Shown here one piece after another: positions 10,248-18,696 of a stretch of 64,000 bases of DNA. The notes below the pieces were generated by a model. The model was not told the origin of the DNA. It was given only the letters and a program-made list of their open reading frames with translations, and searched no databases. Position numbers and translations under genes: made by a program. The stretch comes from Clostridia bacterium (GTDB lineage Bacteria; Bacillota; Clostridia; Christensenellales; CAG-138): contig JAFSPW010000057.1 in assembly GCA_017451295.1 (NCBI GenBank), forward strand, positions 8,227 through 72,226. Direction: 5' to 3'. Each line of letters begins with the position of its first letter. The first letter of the stretch is position 1.

Positions 10248-12644
10248 TTATTGCCGCAAAGGTGCGCCGTTTTCGTTCAGGGTCCGGATGATGGTCTCAA
10301 AGGCGGTGCGAATCTCCTCCTCCGTCAGCGTGTGGTCCTCCGAGCGCAGGTTGAAGGTGATGGCCAGGCTCTTCTTGAAGGGCCCCACCGCCGGTCCCCG
10401 ATACACATCAAAGAGCCGTGCCTTCTCCACAATCACGTCCACCGGCGCCTGCTCGATCAGCTCTATCCAATGAATGCTCTCGCTGTTCTCCGGCACCACG
10501 ATGGCCAAGTCCCGATTCACCACCGGGAACTTGGGCAAGGGCTGGAAAGTGGGCGTCTCGTTCCAAAGGGCCAGCAGCGCTTCAAAGGACAGCTCCGCCA
10601 TGTACACCGCCACGGGAAGGTCCCAGGCCTCCTGCACCGCCGGGTGCACCTGGCCGAGTTCTCCCAGTTTCTGCCCGTTCACCAGGATGTCTGCCCGCCG
10701 TCCCGGCTGGAAGCAGGGGCTGTCGCTCTTTACATACCGGGCGCCGGCAACACCGAACCGGCTGAGCAGGGTTTGGATGGCGCCCTTTAGGGTATAGAAG
10801 CTCTCCTTCTCCCCAAAGAACACGAGGCCAATCTTCTCTTCCTCCCTGGGCAGGGCATCTCCCCCTAAATCGAAGTGGACATTGCCCACCTCCATGAACC
10901 GGCCATAGCCGGTCTTGCGGCGAATGTTCCTGACGGCAGAGTCCAGCATCCCCATGTACAGGGTGGTCCGCATCAGGCTCTGGTCCTCCCCAAAGGGGTT
11001 CAGGAGCTTCACGGCCCGGTTCCTCTCGTCCTTAGCATCAAAGCCCAGGGCGTTCAGGGCGTTGGGACCGGTGAAGTTATAGTTGTACATCTCCAGGCAC
11101 CCGCAGGCCACCAGGGTATCCTTCACCAGGTCCTCGGCCCTAAACTTCGGCGCCAGGCTTCCCCGGAAGGTCTCGCCCTCCATCAGCACGGCGGGAATGT
11201 TCTCAAAGCCGTAGATACGGCCCACTTCCTCCGCAATGTCCGCGTCCGCCTCGATGCCGGATTCAATGTCCGTCCTAAAGTGGGGGATGGTCACATGGAG
11301 GTTCTCCCCCTCATCTTGCGCCGGCACTTCGATGGTGGAGAGGAGCTTGGCCATCTCCTTTGCAGAGAGCCGGGTGTTCAGTATCCGGTTCACATGGTTC
11401 ACGTCCACGTCGATTTCCCGGTCCTTTAGATCGGCATGGCATACATCGATGGCGCCGCCAATAATCGAACCTGCCCCAAGCTCCTGCACGAGCTCGATGC
11501 ACCGCTCCAGCGCCAGCTCTGCGTTCACAGGTTCCACGCCCTTGATAAACCGGGCGGCGGCGTCGGTCACATGCCGGAGCTTGCGGGCCGTGCGGCGAAT
11601 GTTGCTGGCCTTAAACACGGCAGACTCAAAGAACACGGTCTGGGTATTCTCCGTAATCTCGCTGTTGAGTCCGCCCATCACGCCGGCCACGCCCACGCCG
11701 CCCTGGGGGTCGCTGATGAGCAGCATGTTCTCATCCATCACCCGTTCCTTCTTGTCGAGCGTGGTGACCACTTCGCCCTCTTTGGCGTTGCGGACGATGA
11801 TGTGCCCCTCCCGGATGCAGGCTGCATCAAAGGCGTGGGTGGGATGGCCGTACTCCATGAGCACATAGTTGGTGATGTCCACGATGTTGCTGATGGGCCG
11901 CATACCCATCTGCTTCAGCCGCCGCTGCATCCAGGCGGGGGAGGGGCCAATCTTCAGGTTCGTAGCCGCCCGTCCGCAGTACCGGGGGCACAGGTCCCCG
12001 TTCTCCACCGTTACCTGCATGATGTCCTTCACGTCCCCTTCGCCGGGTACCCGGGCGATGACCGGCGCCTTCATCTTTTGGCCCAAAGCGGCAGCAGCCT
12101 CCCGGGCAAGGCCGATGATGCTGTTGCAGTCCGGTCGGTTGGGCAGCACCGAGAAATCGAAGATGACATCCTCCCGGTCGATGGCCTTCTCAATGGGAAT
12201 GCCCACCGGCGTGTCCGCCCGCAGAATCAGAATCCCGTCCGCTTCTGCCCCGGGATACTCCTGCTCGGAAAGATTAAACTCCTCGCCCGAGCAGAACATG
12301 CCCTGGCTCTCCACCCCCCGGATGTTGGCCACGGTGAATTCCTGGCTGCCGATTTTTGCCCCCGCATAGGCAACGGGCACCACGGCACCTACAAACACGT
12401 TCTTGGCGTTGGTGAGAATCTGGGCAATCTTGCCCCCGATGTCCACCTGGCACACCGTCAGCTTATCGGCGTTGGGGTGCTTCTGCATGGACAGAATCTT
12501 GCCCGTGATGACCCCGGACACAGCCTTGAGCTCCTTTTCGCAGCTTTCCAGCTCAAAGCCCCGCCACATCATCCGCTGGATGAATTCCTCATCCGTCACG
12601 TTAAAATCAACATATTCCTGCAGCCATGTCTTTGGCAATCTCAT
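10248..12644 (-). CDS. pheT: phenylalanine--tRNA ligase beta subunit
   Basis: 798 aa with an N-terminal tRNA-binding domain (VITGKILSMQKHPNADKLTVCQVDIG). It lies immediately downstream of pheS. Confidence 0.97.
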   Translation of the reverse strand: MRLPKTWLQEYVDFNVTDEEFIQRMMWRGFELESCEKELKAVSGVITGKILSMQKHPNADKLTVCQVDIGGKIAQILTNAKNVFVGAVVPVAYAGAKIGSQEFTVANIRGVESQGMFCSGEEFNLSEQEYPGAEADGILILRADTPVGIPIEKAIDREDVIFDFSVLPNRPDCNSIIGLAREAAAALGQKMKAPVIARVPGEGDVKDIMQVTVENGDLCPRYCGRAATNLKIGPSPAWMQRRLKQMGMRPISNIVDITNYVLMEYGHPTHAFDAACIREGHIIVRNAKEGEVVTTLDKKERVMDENMLLISDPQGGVGVAGVMGGLNSEITENTQTVFFESAVFKASNIRRTARKLRHVTDAAARFIKGVEPVNAELALERCIELVQELGAGSIIGGAIDVCHADLKDREIDVDVNHVNRILNTRLSAKEMAKLLSTIEVPAQDEGENLHVTIPHFRTDIESGIEADADIAEEVGRIYGFENIPAVLMEGETFRGSLAPKFRAEDLVKDTLVACGCLEMYNYNFTGPNALNALGFDAKDERNRAVKLLNPFGEDQSLMRTTLYMGMLDSAVRNIRRKTGYGRFMEVGNVHFDLGGDALPREEEKIGLVFFGEKESFYTLKGAIQTLLSRFGVAGARYVKSDSPCFQPGRRADILVNGQKLGELGQVHPAVQEAWDLPVAVYMAELSFEALLALWNETPTFQPLPKFPVVNRDLAIVVPENSESIHWIELIEQAPVDVIVEKARLFDVYRGPAVGPFKKSLAITFNLRSEDHTLTEEEIRTAFETIIRTLNENGAPLRQ

Positions 12645-12660
12645 GTTTGTTTCCTCCTAA

Positions 12661-13683
12661 TCAGAACTGGGTCAGGAACCGGGCATCGTTCTCATACTCG
12701 TGGCGAATGTCCGATATGCCGTACTTCAGGCTGGTCACTCTGTCCACGCCGATGCCGAAGGCGAAGGCGGACCACTCCTTGGGGTCAAGTCCGCAGTTCT
12801 CCAGCTCGTGGGGGTTGGTCATGCCGCAGCCCAGAATCTCAATCCAGCCCGTGCCCTTGCACACCCGGCAGCCCTTGCCCTTGCAGATGGTGCAGCTCAT
12901 GTCCAGCTCCGCCGAAGGCTCCGTGAAGGGGAAGTAGCTGGGGCGCAGCCGGGTCTTCACGTTCTCCCCGAACAGAGCCCTGATGAAGGCATCCAAGGTC
13001 CCCTTCAGATTGGCCAGGTTCAAATTCCTGTCCACCACGAACCCTTCAATCTGCATGAACACCGGGCTGTGGGAGGCATCCACCTCGTCCACCCGGAACA
13101 CCCGCCCGGGCATCAAAAAACGGAAGGGCGGCTTAAAGGTCTGCAGCGCCCGAATCTCGCAGGGGGAGGTGTGGGTCCTCAGCAGCACCTTGTCGTTGAT
13201 ATAGAAGGTGTCCTGCATGTCCCGAGCCGGGTGGTCAAGCGGCAGGTTCAACAGCGTAAAGTTGTTGTCGTCCAGCTCGATTTCCGGCCCATCGAACACC
13301 TGGAACCCCATGCCCACAAGGGCATCCCGAATGGTGCGATAGGTCTTTGTCATGGGGTGCAGATGCCCCAGCATCTGGGGGGTGACCCCTTCTTCCGTTA
13401 CGTCGAGAGCCTCCCGCTCAAAGCGCAGCTCCTGGGCCTTCTGCCGAAACTGAGCCCGGCGGCTCTCCATGGCCGCCTCCAGCTCCTGCTTGAGCTTGTT
13501 CACCCCGGCACCGAGCTCTGATCGCTCCTCCTTGCTCAGCTTCCCCATGGAGCGGAGAATGGCGGTGAGCTCCCCGGCCTTGCCAAAGAGCTGCTGCTGC
13601 AGAGCGTTCAAATCCCCCTCTTCCGTCAGAGCATTCAGGCGTTGTTGTGCTTCCTCTCGGATGCGCTGCAAATCGTTTTCCAT
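12661..13683 (-). CDS. pheS: phenylalanine--tRNA ligase alpha subunit
   Basis: 340 aa with class II aaRS motifs (FRVDEVDASHSPVFMQIEG; AFAFGIGVDR). Confidence 0.97.
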   Translation of the reverse strand: MENDLQRIREEAQQRLNALTEEGDLNALQQQLFGKAGELTAILRSMGKLSKEERSELGAGVNKLKQELEAAMESRRAQFRQKAQELRFEREALDVTEEGVTPQMLGHLHPMTKTYRTIRDALVGMGFQVFDGPEIELDDNNFTLLNLPLDHPARDMQDTFYINDKVLLRTHTSPCEIRALQTFKPPFRFLMPGRVFRVDEVDASHSPVFMQIEGFVVDRNLNLANLKGTLDAFIRALFGENVKTRLRPSYFPFTEPSAELDMSCTICKGKGCRVCKGTGWIEILGCGMTNPHELENCGLDPKEWSAFAFGIGVDRVTSLKYGISDIRHEYENDARFLTQF

Positions 13684-13695
13684 TTGTGCTTCTCC

Positions 13696-13950
13696 TATTC
13701 TTCCTGTAGTTCAAAAAAAGATCGCCTCGTCAGGGACGAAGCGATCGTGGTACCACCCTTGTTCACCGCCTGTTCGGCGGCCTTTACAAGCTATATCGGG
13801 CTGACCCGTCGCAGACTACCGGGCCCATGGCCTTTCCCCTGCACCGCTCCCGGGCGAACCGCATCCCTTATTCGGCGCCCCGCTTCCACCTTCTCGGGGC
13901 TCTCTTTGGCCGCCTGGGGGACCTTTTCCCGTTCCCAGCGTTGGTATATC
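13696..13950 (-). promoter_or_regulatory. T-box leader (Phe, UUC specifier candidate) controlling pheST
   Basis: On the minus strand there is an AGAGAG stem-I element and GGUUCGCC in the specifier region. The T-box sequence AACAAGGGTGGTACCACG is followed by the terminator GATCGCTTCGTC-CCT-GACGAGGCGATC plus T7 (13713-13746). Confidence 0.8.
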
Positions 13951-13954
13951 GTGG

Positions 13955-14815
13955 TCATTCTACCACCCGGGCTTGTTTCCCGTCAAGCACTATTTGCACC
14001 CCGGACAGCAGGTCCGTCCGCAGTATCCGGCAGCCCGCCGCTTCCAGCCGGTCAAGGGCCTCCTGTGTGGGATGCTTATATTCGTTATCCCTTCCCACGC
14101 TGATGACGGCCACCTCCGGTTCCACCACTTTAAGGAAAACCTCCGAGGTGGAGGAGGCGGAGCCGTGATGCCCCACCTTCAGCACCTGTGCCTGCAGCAG
14201 CTCCCTTGGATAGGTGAACAGCAGGCTTTCCTCCGTCTCAAAGGTGCCGTCCGCCATAAACAGCGCCTGGTTCTCCCCGTAGCTTAGGGACAGCACCATG
14301 GAGCCGTCGTTCACCTCCGGGTAATAGACGTCCGGCAGGGGACTTAGCACCCGCAAGGTTGCCTCCCCAAAGGTGAAGGCCTCGCCGCCCCAAACCTGGC
14401 GGCAGTAGGCACCCCGGCGCCTCGCTATGACCATTCCGCTGCCATAGTCCGCGGGAAGCCCTTCAAAGTATACGCCTTTGATATGGAACTTTCGCACCAG
14501 GGTCCCCAGGTTCCCGCAGTGGTCCTCGTGGGGGTGGGTCAAAAACAGATAGTCCACCCGGTCGATGCCCAGGGCTTTGAGCTGCTGCACCACCTGCCGG
14601 CGGCTGCTCTCTGGCCCCGTATCAATTATCAGCCGTTCCCCGTTTGGAAAGGTGATAAGGGTGCTGTCTCCCTGTCCCACATCGAGAAACACGAGGTTTA
14701 CCTTGTCCGCTTCCAGAGGGCCGGGGCTTGGGGCAGCCGCTGCCTTTTGGCGGCAGCTTAGCAGCACCAGCAGCGCCAGCAGCGCCGCAGCAAGGGCCAT
14801 CAGCCGCCGCTTCAT
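13955..14815 (-). CDS. secreted MBL-fold metallo-hydrolase (ComEC C-terminal-domain-like)
   Basis: Has a signal peptide (MKRRLMALAAALLALLVLLSC) and the HxHxDH motif (HPHEDHCGN). Confidence 0.8.
   Translation of the reverse strand: MKRRLMALAAALLALLVLLSCRQKAAAAPSPGPLEADKVNLVFLDVGQGDSTLITFPNGERLIIDTGPESSRRQVVQQLKALGIDRVDYLFLTHPHEDHCGNLGTLVRKFHIKGVYFEGLPADYGSGMVIARRRGAYCRQVWGGEAFTFGEATLRVLSPLPDVYYPEVNDGSMVLSLSYGENQALFMADGTFETEESLLFTYPRELLQAQVLKVGHHGSASSTSEVFLKVVEPEVAVISVGRDNEYKHPTQEALDRLEAAGCRILRTDLLSGVQIVLDGKQARVVE
13957..13986 (-). promoter_or_regulatory. candidate promoter of the pheS T-box leader
   Basis: On the minus strand: TTGACG, 18 nt spacer, TGG-TAGAAT (extended -10). It overlaps the 3' end of the upstream MBL gene. 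Confidence 0.5.
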
Positions 14816-15507
14816 GCCTGCCCCTCCACCACATCAAACACCTGCACCACGCCCTCCTTCACCACAAACCGTATGTCATATTTCCCATAGGCAAACCCAT
14901 AGGGGTCCTCCCGGCCAATGAGATACCCGGGCCGAGGGTCAAGGGACAGGGCGGACAGCAAAGCCGCCTGCTTCTGTTGGGGAATGCGCTCGAGCAGCTC
15001 CGGGGGAAATGTAACCGGCAGCCGGTTATCCTTCAAAGCCTCGGCAAAGCCGTTTCGCGCCTCGGGGTGGCTGTCCGTAAAGGACAGATAGGGTTTGATG
15101 TCATAGATGGGGGAGCCGTCCATCAAATCCGCCCCGGCGACGCGCAGCACCGTGCCCTTGCCGGGCAGCTTCTCTATGCCCAGCAGCTCCACGGAGGATA
15201 GCCCCAAAGGATTGGGCCGGAAGGGGGAACGGGTGGCAAACACGCCCATGCGCTTGTTTCCGCCGAGCTTAGGGGGCTTTACCATGGGGGACCAAGCCTG
15301 CTGCTTCACCTCAGAAAAGCCCCAAATCAGCCACAGGTGGCTGTACCCCTCCAGGCCCCTTAGGGCGTTCTCGTCCCGATAGGCTTTTTCAAACACCACC
15401 AACGCCTCCAGGGACGGCACCAGATTGCTCTGCCGGGGGATGCCGAACTTCTCCTTAAAATCGCTCTCGATGCGGGCGATAACCTGCAATGTAAACTCCT
15501 CTTTCAT
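14812..15507 (-). CDS. trmO: tRNA (N6-threonylcarbamoyladenosine(37)-N6)-methyltransferase TrmO (TsaA/YaeB family)
   Basis: 231 aa with a TsaA-like N-terminus (IARIESDFKEKFGIPRQS...). It overlaps the downstream gene by 4 nt. Confidence 0.8.
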   Translation of the reverse strand: MKEEFTLQVIARIESDFKEKFGIPRQSNLVPSLEALVVFEKAYRDENALRGLEGYSHLWLIWGFSEVKQQAWSPMVKPPKLGGNKRMGVFATRSPFRPNPLGLSSVELLGIEKLPGKGTVLRVAGADLMDGSPIYDIKPYLSFTDSHPEARNGFAEALKDNRLPVTFPPELLERIPQQKQAALLSALSLDPRPGYLIGREDPYGFAYGKYDIRFVVKEGVVQVFDVVEGQA

Positions 15508-15513
15508 AGCTAC

Positions 15514-15542
15514 AGTATAGGGCCAATCCCCGGCGCTGTCAA
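15514..15542 (-). promoter_or_regulatory. consensus sigmaA promoter placing the TSS on the trmO ATG (leaderless)
   Basis: On the minus strand: TTGACA (15537-15542), 17 nt spacer, TATACT (15514-15519), then 6 nt (GTAGCT), then ATG at 15507. There is no SD. Confidence 0.55.
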
Positions 15543-15568
15543 AAGAAAAAGGGACCGATTTCGGCCCC
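15541..15568 (-). terminator. intrinsic terminator of the ABC importer operon
   Basis: On the minus strand: GGGGCCGA-AA-TCGGTCCC followed by TTTTTCTTTT. Confidence 0.8.
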
Positions 15569-15580
15569 GATTCTCATTGT

Positions 15581-16378
15581 TTATCGGCTTAAGAGCACCT
15601 GGTCGCTTTCCACCTGCTCTCCGGCGGCGGCGGCGAACCGATCCAGCAGCTCCTGCTTGGTGATGCTCTGCTTCTCCTGCCCGCTGATGTCCAGCACGAT
15701 CTTCCCGGCGTTCATCATAATCAGCCTGTTGCCGTGGTTGATGGCATCCCGCATGTTGTGGGTGATCATCAGGGTGGTCAGATGCTCCTGCTGCACCAGC
15801 TGGTCCGAAAGGGTCAGCACCTTCTTGGCGGTGGCCGGGTCCAATGCGGCGGTGTGCTCGTCAAGGAGCAGCAGCCTCGGCCGCTGCAAGGTGGCCATAA
15901 TCAAGGTGATGGCCTGCCGTTGTCCGCCGGAGAATAGCCCCACCTTCTCCTGCAGCCGGTCCTCCAGCCCCAGGCCGAAGGACTTTAGCCTCTGGCGAAA
16001 CAGGTCCCTGTCCTCGTTGGTCACACCCCACTTGAGCCCCCGCTTCTTCCCCCGGCGCAGGGCCAGGGCCAGATTCTCCTCCAGCTGCATGTTGGGGGCG
16101 GTGCTCATCATGGGGTCCTGGAACACCCGGCCGATGTACTTGGCCCGCTTGTATTCCGGCAGGGCCGTGATGTCGATGCCGTCGAGAATAATTTTCCCGC
16201 TGTCCAGGGGCCAGGTGCCGGCGATGGCATTGAGGAGCGTGGATTTCCCTGCCCCATTGCTGCCGATAACGGTGACAAAGTCCCCATCATTTAGGTGCAG
16301 GCTAAGTCCCGACAAAGCGGTCTTCTCGTTCACGGTGCCCTTAGCGAAGGTCTTGCTGATGTTCTGAATGTCAAGCAC
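15581..16378 (-). CDS. ABC transporter ATP-binding protein
   Basis: Walker A GSNGAGKST, signature FSGGQRQAITL, Walker B LLLLDEHTAALD. Confidence 0.9.
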   Translation of the reverse strand: MLDIQNISKTFAKGTVNEKTALSGLSLHLNDGDFVTVIGSNGAGKSTLLNAIAGTWPLDSGKIILDGIDITALPEYKRAKYIGRVFQDPMMSTAPNMQLEENLALALRRGKKRGLKWGVTNEDRDLFRQRLKSFGLGLEDRLQEKVGLFSGGQRQAITLIMATLQRPRLLLLDEHTAALDPATAKKVLTLSDQLVQQEHLTTLMITHNMRDAINHGNRLIMMNAGKIVLDISGQEKQSITKQELLDRFAAAAGEQVESDQVLLSR

Positions 16379-17309
16379 GAGGGGACACCTCCTTCTTCCA
16401 CTTGGGCAGCTTTCCCTTCAGATACGGCATACCCAGGAACAGCGCCACGATGATGGCCGTGAGCATCTTCAAATCGTTGGAGTTGAGCCGAAGCCACAGC
16501 ACCACCACCACTACGAGGTAGTACACCACGCCCCCCAGCACCGTGAAGCTCAAGGTGCCGTAGAAGTTCAGCTTCTTGCCCATGATGCCCCGGGCCAGCC
16601 CCTCGCCGATGATGATGGCGGCCAGGCCGATGACGATGGCGCCCCGGCCCATGTTGATGTCCGCAAAGCCCTGATACTGGGCCATGAGCCCACCCGAAAG
16701 GGCCACGATGCCGTTGCTGATGGCCAGCCCCAGCACCTTGATGGCCTCGATGTGAATGCCCTGCGCCCGGCTCATGGTGGGGTTGTTGCCCGTAGCGCGA
16801 ATGGCAGAGCCCTGCTCCGTGCCAAAGTACCAATAGAAGAAACTGATGAGCACAATGGCGAAGATAGCGCCCCGCAGTATGGCCGTGGGCACAAAGCGGC
16901 TGGACAGCAGCAAAGAGAACTTATCCACGCTGACGGCCTTGTTGGCCGCCATGCCCATGATACGCAGGTTGATGGAGTAGAGGGAGAACTGCGTCAGAAT
17001 CCCCGAAAGGATGATGGGAATGCCCAGGGCCGTGTGCAGCAGCCCCGTCACGAGGCCGGAAAGCACCCCCGCCAAAGTGGCGACAATCAAAGCTAGATAG
17101 CTCGGCCAGCCATGCAGAATCAGCATCACGGCCACAGCCCCGCCTACGGTGAAGGAGCCGTCCACGGTCAAATCGGCGGCGTCTAAGAGTCGGAAGGTGA
17201 TATACACCCCCAGGGCCATGATGCCCCAAATCATGCCCTGGGCAACGCCGCCGGGCATGCTTTTGAAAAGCTTAATCAGGCTCAAAGGGGCCAGTAACAT
17301 AACAGGCAC
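16371..17309 (-). CDS. ABC transporter permease
   Basis: 312-aa polytopic protein that overlaps the ATPase gene by 8 nt. Confidence 0.85.
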   Translation of the reverse strand: MPVMLLAPLSLIKLFKSMPGGVAQGMIWGIMALGVYITFRLLDAADLTVDGSFTVGGAVAVMLILHGWPSYLALIVATLAGVLSGLVTGLLHTALGIPIILSGILTQFSLYSINLRIMGMAANKAVSVDKFSLLLSSRFVPTAILRGAIFAIVLISFFYWYFGTEQGSAIRATGNNPTMSRAQGIHIEAIKVLGLAISNGIVALSGGLMAQYQGFADINMGRGAIVIGLAAIIIGEGLARGIMGKKLNFYGTLSFTVLGGVVYYLVVVVVLWLRLNSNDLKMLTAIIVALFLGMPYLKGKLPKWKKEVSPRA

Positions 17310-17359
17310 GGTTCAATACTCTCCTTGATTATTTGCAGGATATGCCCCTGCAGGGGACG

Positions 17360-17392
17360 AGAAAAGGCCCGGACGCTGCTTTGGTCCGGGCC
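17360..17392 (-). terminator. intra-operon hairpin/partial terminator between the binding-protein and permease genes
   Basis: On the minus strand: GGCCCGGAC-caaagcagc-GTCCGGGCC followed by TTTTCTCG. Confidence 0.55.
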
Positions 17393-17400
17393 GAATGTTG

Positions 17401-18411
17401 TCAGTCGGCGATAGCCACATACCCATCGGGCACAGTCAGCCCCAGGGTATTGCAGATGGAGGCGTTGTACATCTTCTGGATGCCGGCGGCTTCCTGCACC
17501 GGCATGGTGGACACGTCCGCACCGGCAAGGATGTCCAGCGCCATCTTGCCCGTGGCCTTGCCCAGCTCATAGTAGCTCAGGGTCAGGGTGACGGTGCCGC
17601 AGCCCTTGCACAGGCTCTCTTCACCGGCCACAATGGGGGTCTTGGCGTTGATAGCCACGTTGTTGATGGCCTCGGCGCAGGAGGCGGCGGTGTTGTCCGT
17701 GGGGATGAAGATAACATCCACGGCGTCGCAGGCGCTCTTTGTCACGGCGGCCACGTCGTTGGAATCGGCGAAGGTGAAGCTCTGCACCTCAAGTCCAAGG
17801 GCGGTGAAGGCGGCGGTCAGCTCCTCAGCCTGGAAGACGGAGTTGGCTTCGCCGGAGCAGTACAGCAGACCCACGGTCTTGGCTTCGGGGAACATTTCGG
17901 GCACCAGGGCAGCCTGCAGCTCTGCGCTCACATAGTCGGAGGTGCCGGATACATTGATGCCGGTGCTGTTGTCGGCGGCCAGGGTCAGGGTCAAAGCCTC
18001 GCCGTAGTTGGTGACGGAGGTGCCCAGCACCGGAATGGTGTTGGTGGCGGAGGCGGCGGCGGACAGGGCGGGGGTGGCGTTGGCCAGAATCAAATCGACT
18101 TCCTCAGACACGAACTGACCGCAGATAACGGCGCAGCTGGCGGGGTCGCCGGAGGCGTTCTGGTTCAAAAAGGTGACCTTGTCCCCAAGCTCAGCCGAAA
18201 TAGCATCCATAAAACCCTGGGTGGCCATGTCAAGGGCAGGGTGCTGCACCAGCTGGCAGATGCCGATGGTATAGGTCTTGTCCGCTGCCGCAGGGGCATC
18301 GCTGACGGTCTCTGCCGCAGAGGCAGGGGTGGAAGTCTCGGTAGTCTTAGCGCACGCAAGGGCGCTAAAGCACAGCAGCAAAGCGAGGGTCAGTGCCAGG
18401 ATTTTTTTCAT
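17401..18411 (-). CDS. ABC transporter substrate-binding lipoprotein (ABC_sub_bind/PF04392-like; TrpX-type family)
   Basis: Start trimmed to MKKILALTLALLLCFSALACA (lipobox) after AAAGGAG. Family-typical YTIGICQLVQHPALD ... ANATPALSAA. Confidence 0.85.
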   Translation of the reverse strand: MKKILALTLALLLCFSALACAKTTETSTPASAAETVSDAPAAADKTYTIGICQLVQHPALDMATQGFMDAISAELGDKVTFLNQNASGDPASCAVICGQFVSEEVDLILANATPALSAAASATNTIPVLGTSVTNYGEALTLTLAADNSTGINVSGTSDYVSAELQAALVPEMFPEAKTVGLLYCSGEANSVFQAEELTAAFTALGLEVQSFTFADSNDVAAVTKSACDAVDVIFIPTDNTAASCAEAINNVAINAKTPIVAGEESLCKGCGTVTLTLSYYELGKATGKMALDILAGADVSTMPVQEAAGIQKMYNASICNTLGLTVPDGYVAIAD

Positions 18412-18455
18412 TGTCTTTCTCCTTTTTATCTCTCTTTTTGTGTTCCGTTTACTCC

Positions 18456-18495
18456 GCAAAAAAGGAGCCGCAGCAGCTTGTGTCTGTGCGGCTCC
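18456..18495 (-). terminator. intrinsic terminator/attenuator between the leader ORF and the ABC binding-protein gene
   Basis: On the minus strand: GGAGCCGCA-14 nt loop-TGCGGCTCC (18464-18495) followed by TTTTTT (18458-18463). Confidence 0.8.
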
Positions 18496-18514
18496 GATAA
18501 GATCGTGTCAGGCG

Positions 18515-18604
18515 TTACGGTCTTCCGTATGGGCGGCACAAACGGCTTTTACCATAGTAAAAGTAATAATAGCCGTATGCATACCCGGTGAGAAGACGCT
18601 TCAT
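18515..18604 (-). CDS. 29-codon Tyr-rich leader peptide ORF (MKRLLTGYAYGYYYFYYGKSRLCRPYGRP)
   Basis: ATG 18604 lies 11 nt after AAAGGA, and the stop TAA is at 18515-18517. Of 29 codons, 8 are Tyr and 1 is Phe. The ORF sits between its own promoter and a terminator and is below the ORF-track size cutoff. Confidence 0.5.
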   Translation of the reverse strand: MKRLLTGYAYGYYYFYYGKSRLCRPYGRP

Positions 18605-18634
18605 GTCGTTCACTTTCCTTTGCGTGTTGGTGGT

Positions 18635-18663
18635 ACTGTACCACACCTTTTGGCCTGTGTCAA
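18635..18663 (-). promoter_or_regulatory. sigmaA-type promoter of the leader ORF/ABC importer operon
   Basis: On the minus strand: TTGACA (18658-18663), 17 nt spacer, TGG-TACAGT (18635-18640, extended -10). Confidence 0.6.
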
Positions 18664-18696
18664 TAGAATTATATATGATTCATACCAGAACTTTTA

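Noticed and set aside
18631-18650. GGTGTGGTACAGTACCACC on the minus strand, which resembles the T-box GGGTGGTACC core, upstream of the ABC importer.
   Set aside because: It sits at the promoter/+1 position rather than next to the terminator. No stem-I/specifier architecture follows it. The leader is instead occupied by the Tyr-rich sORF.
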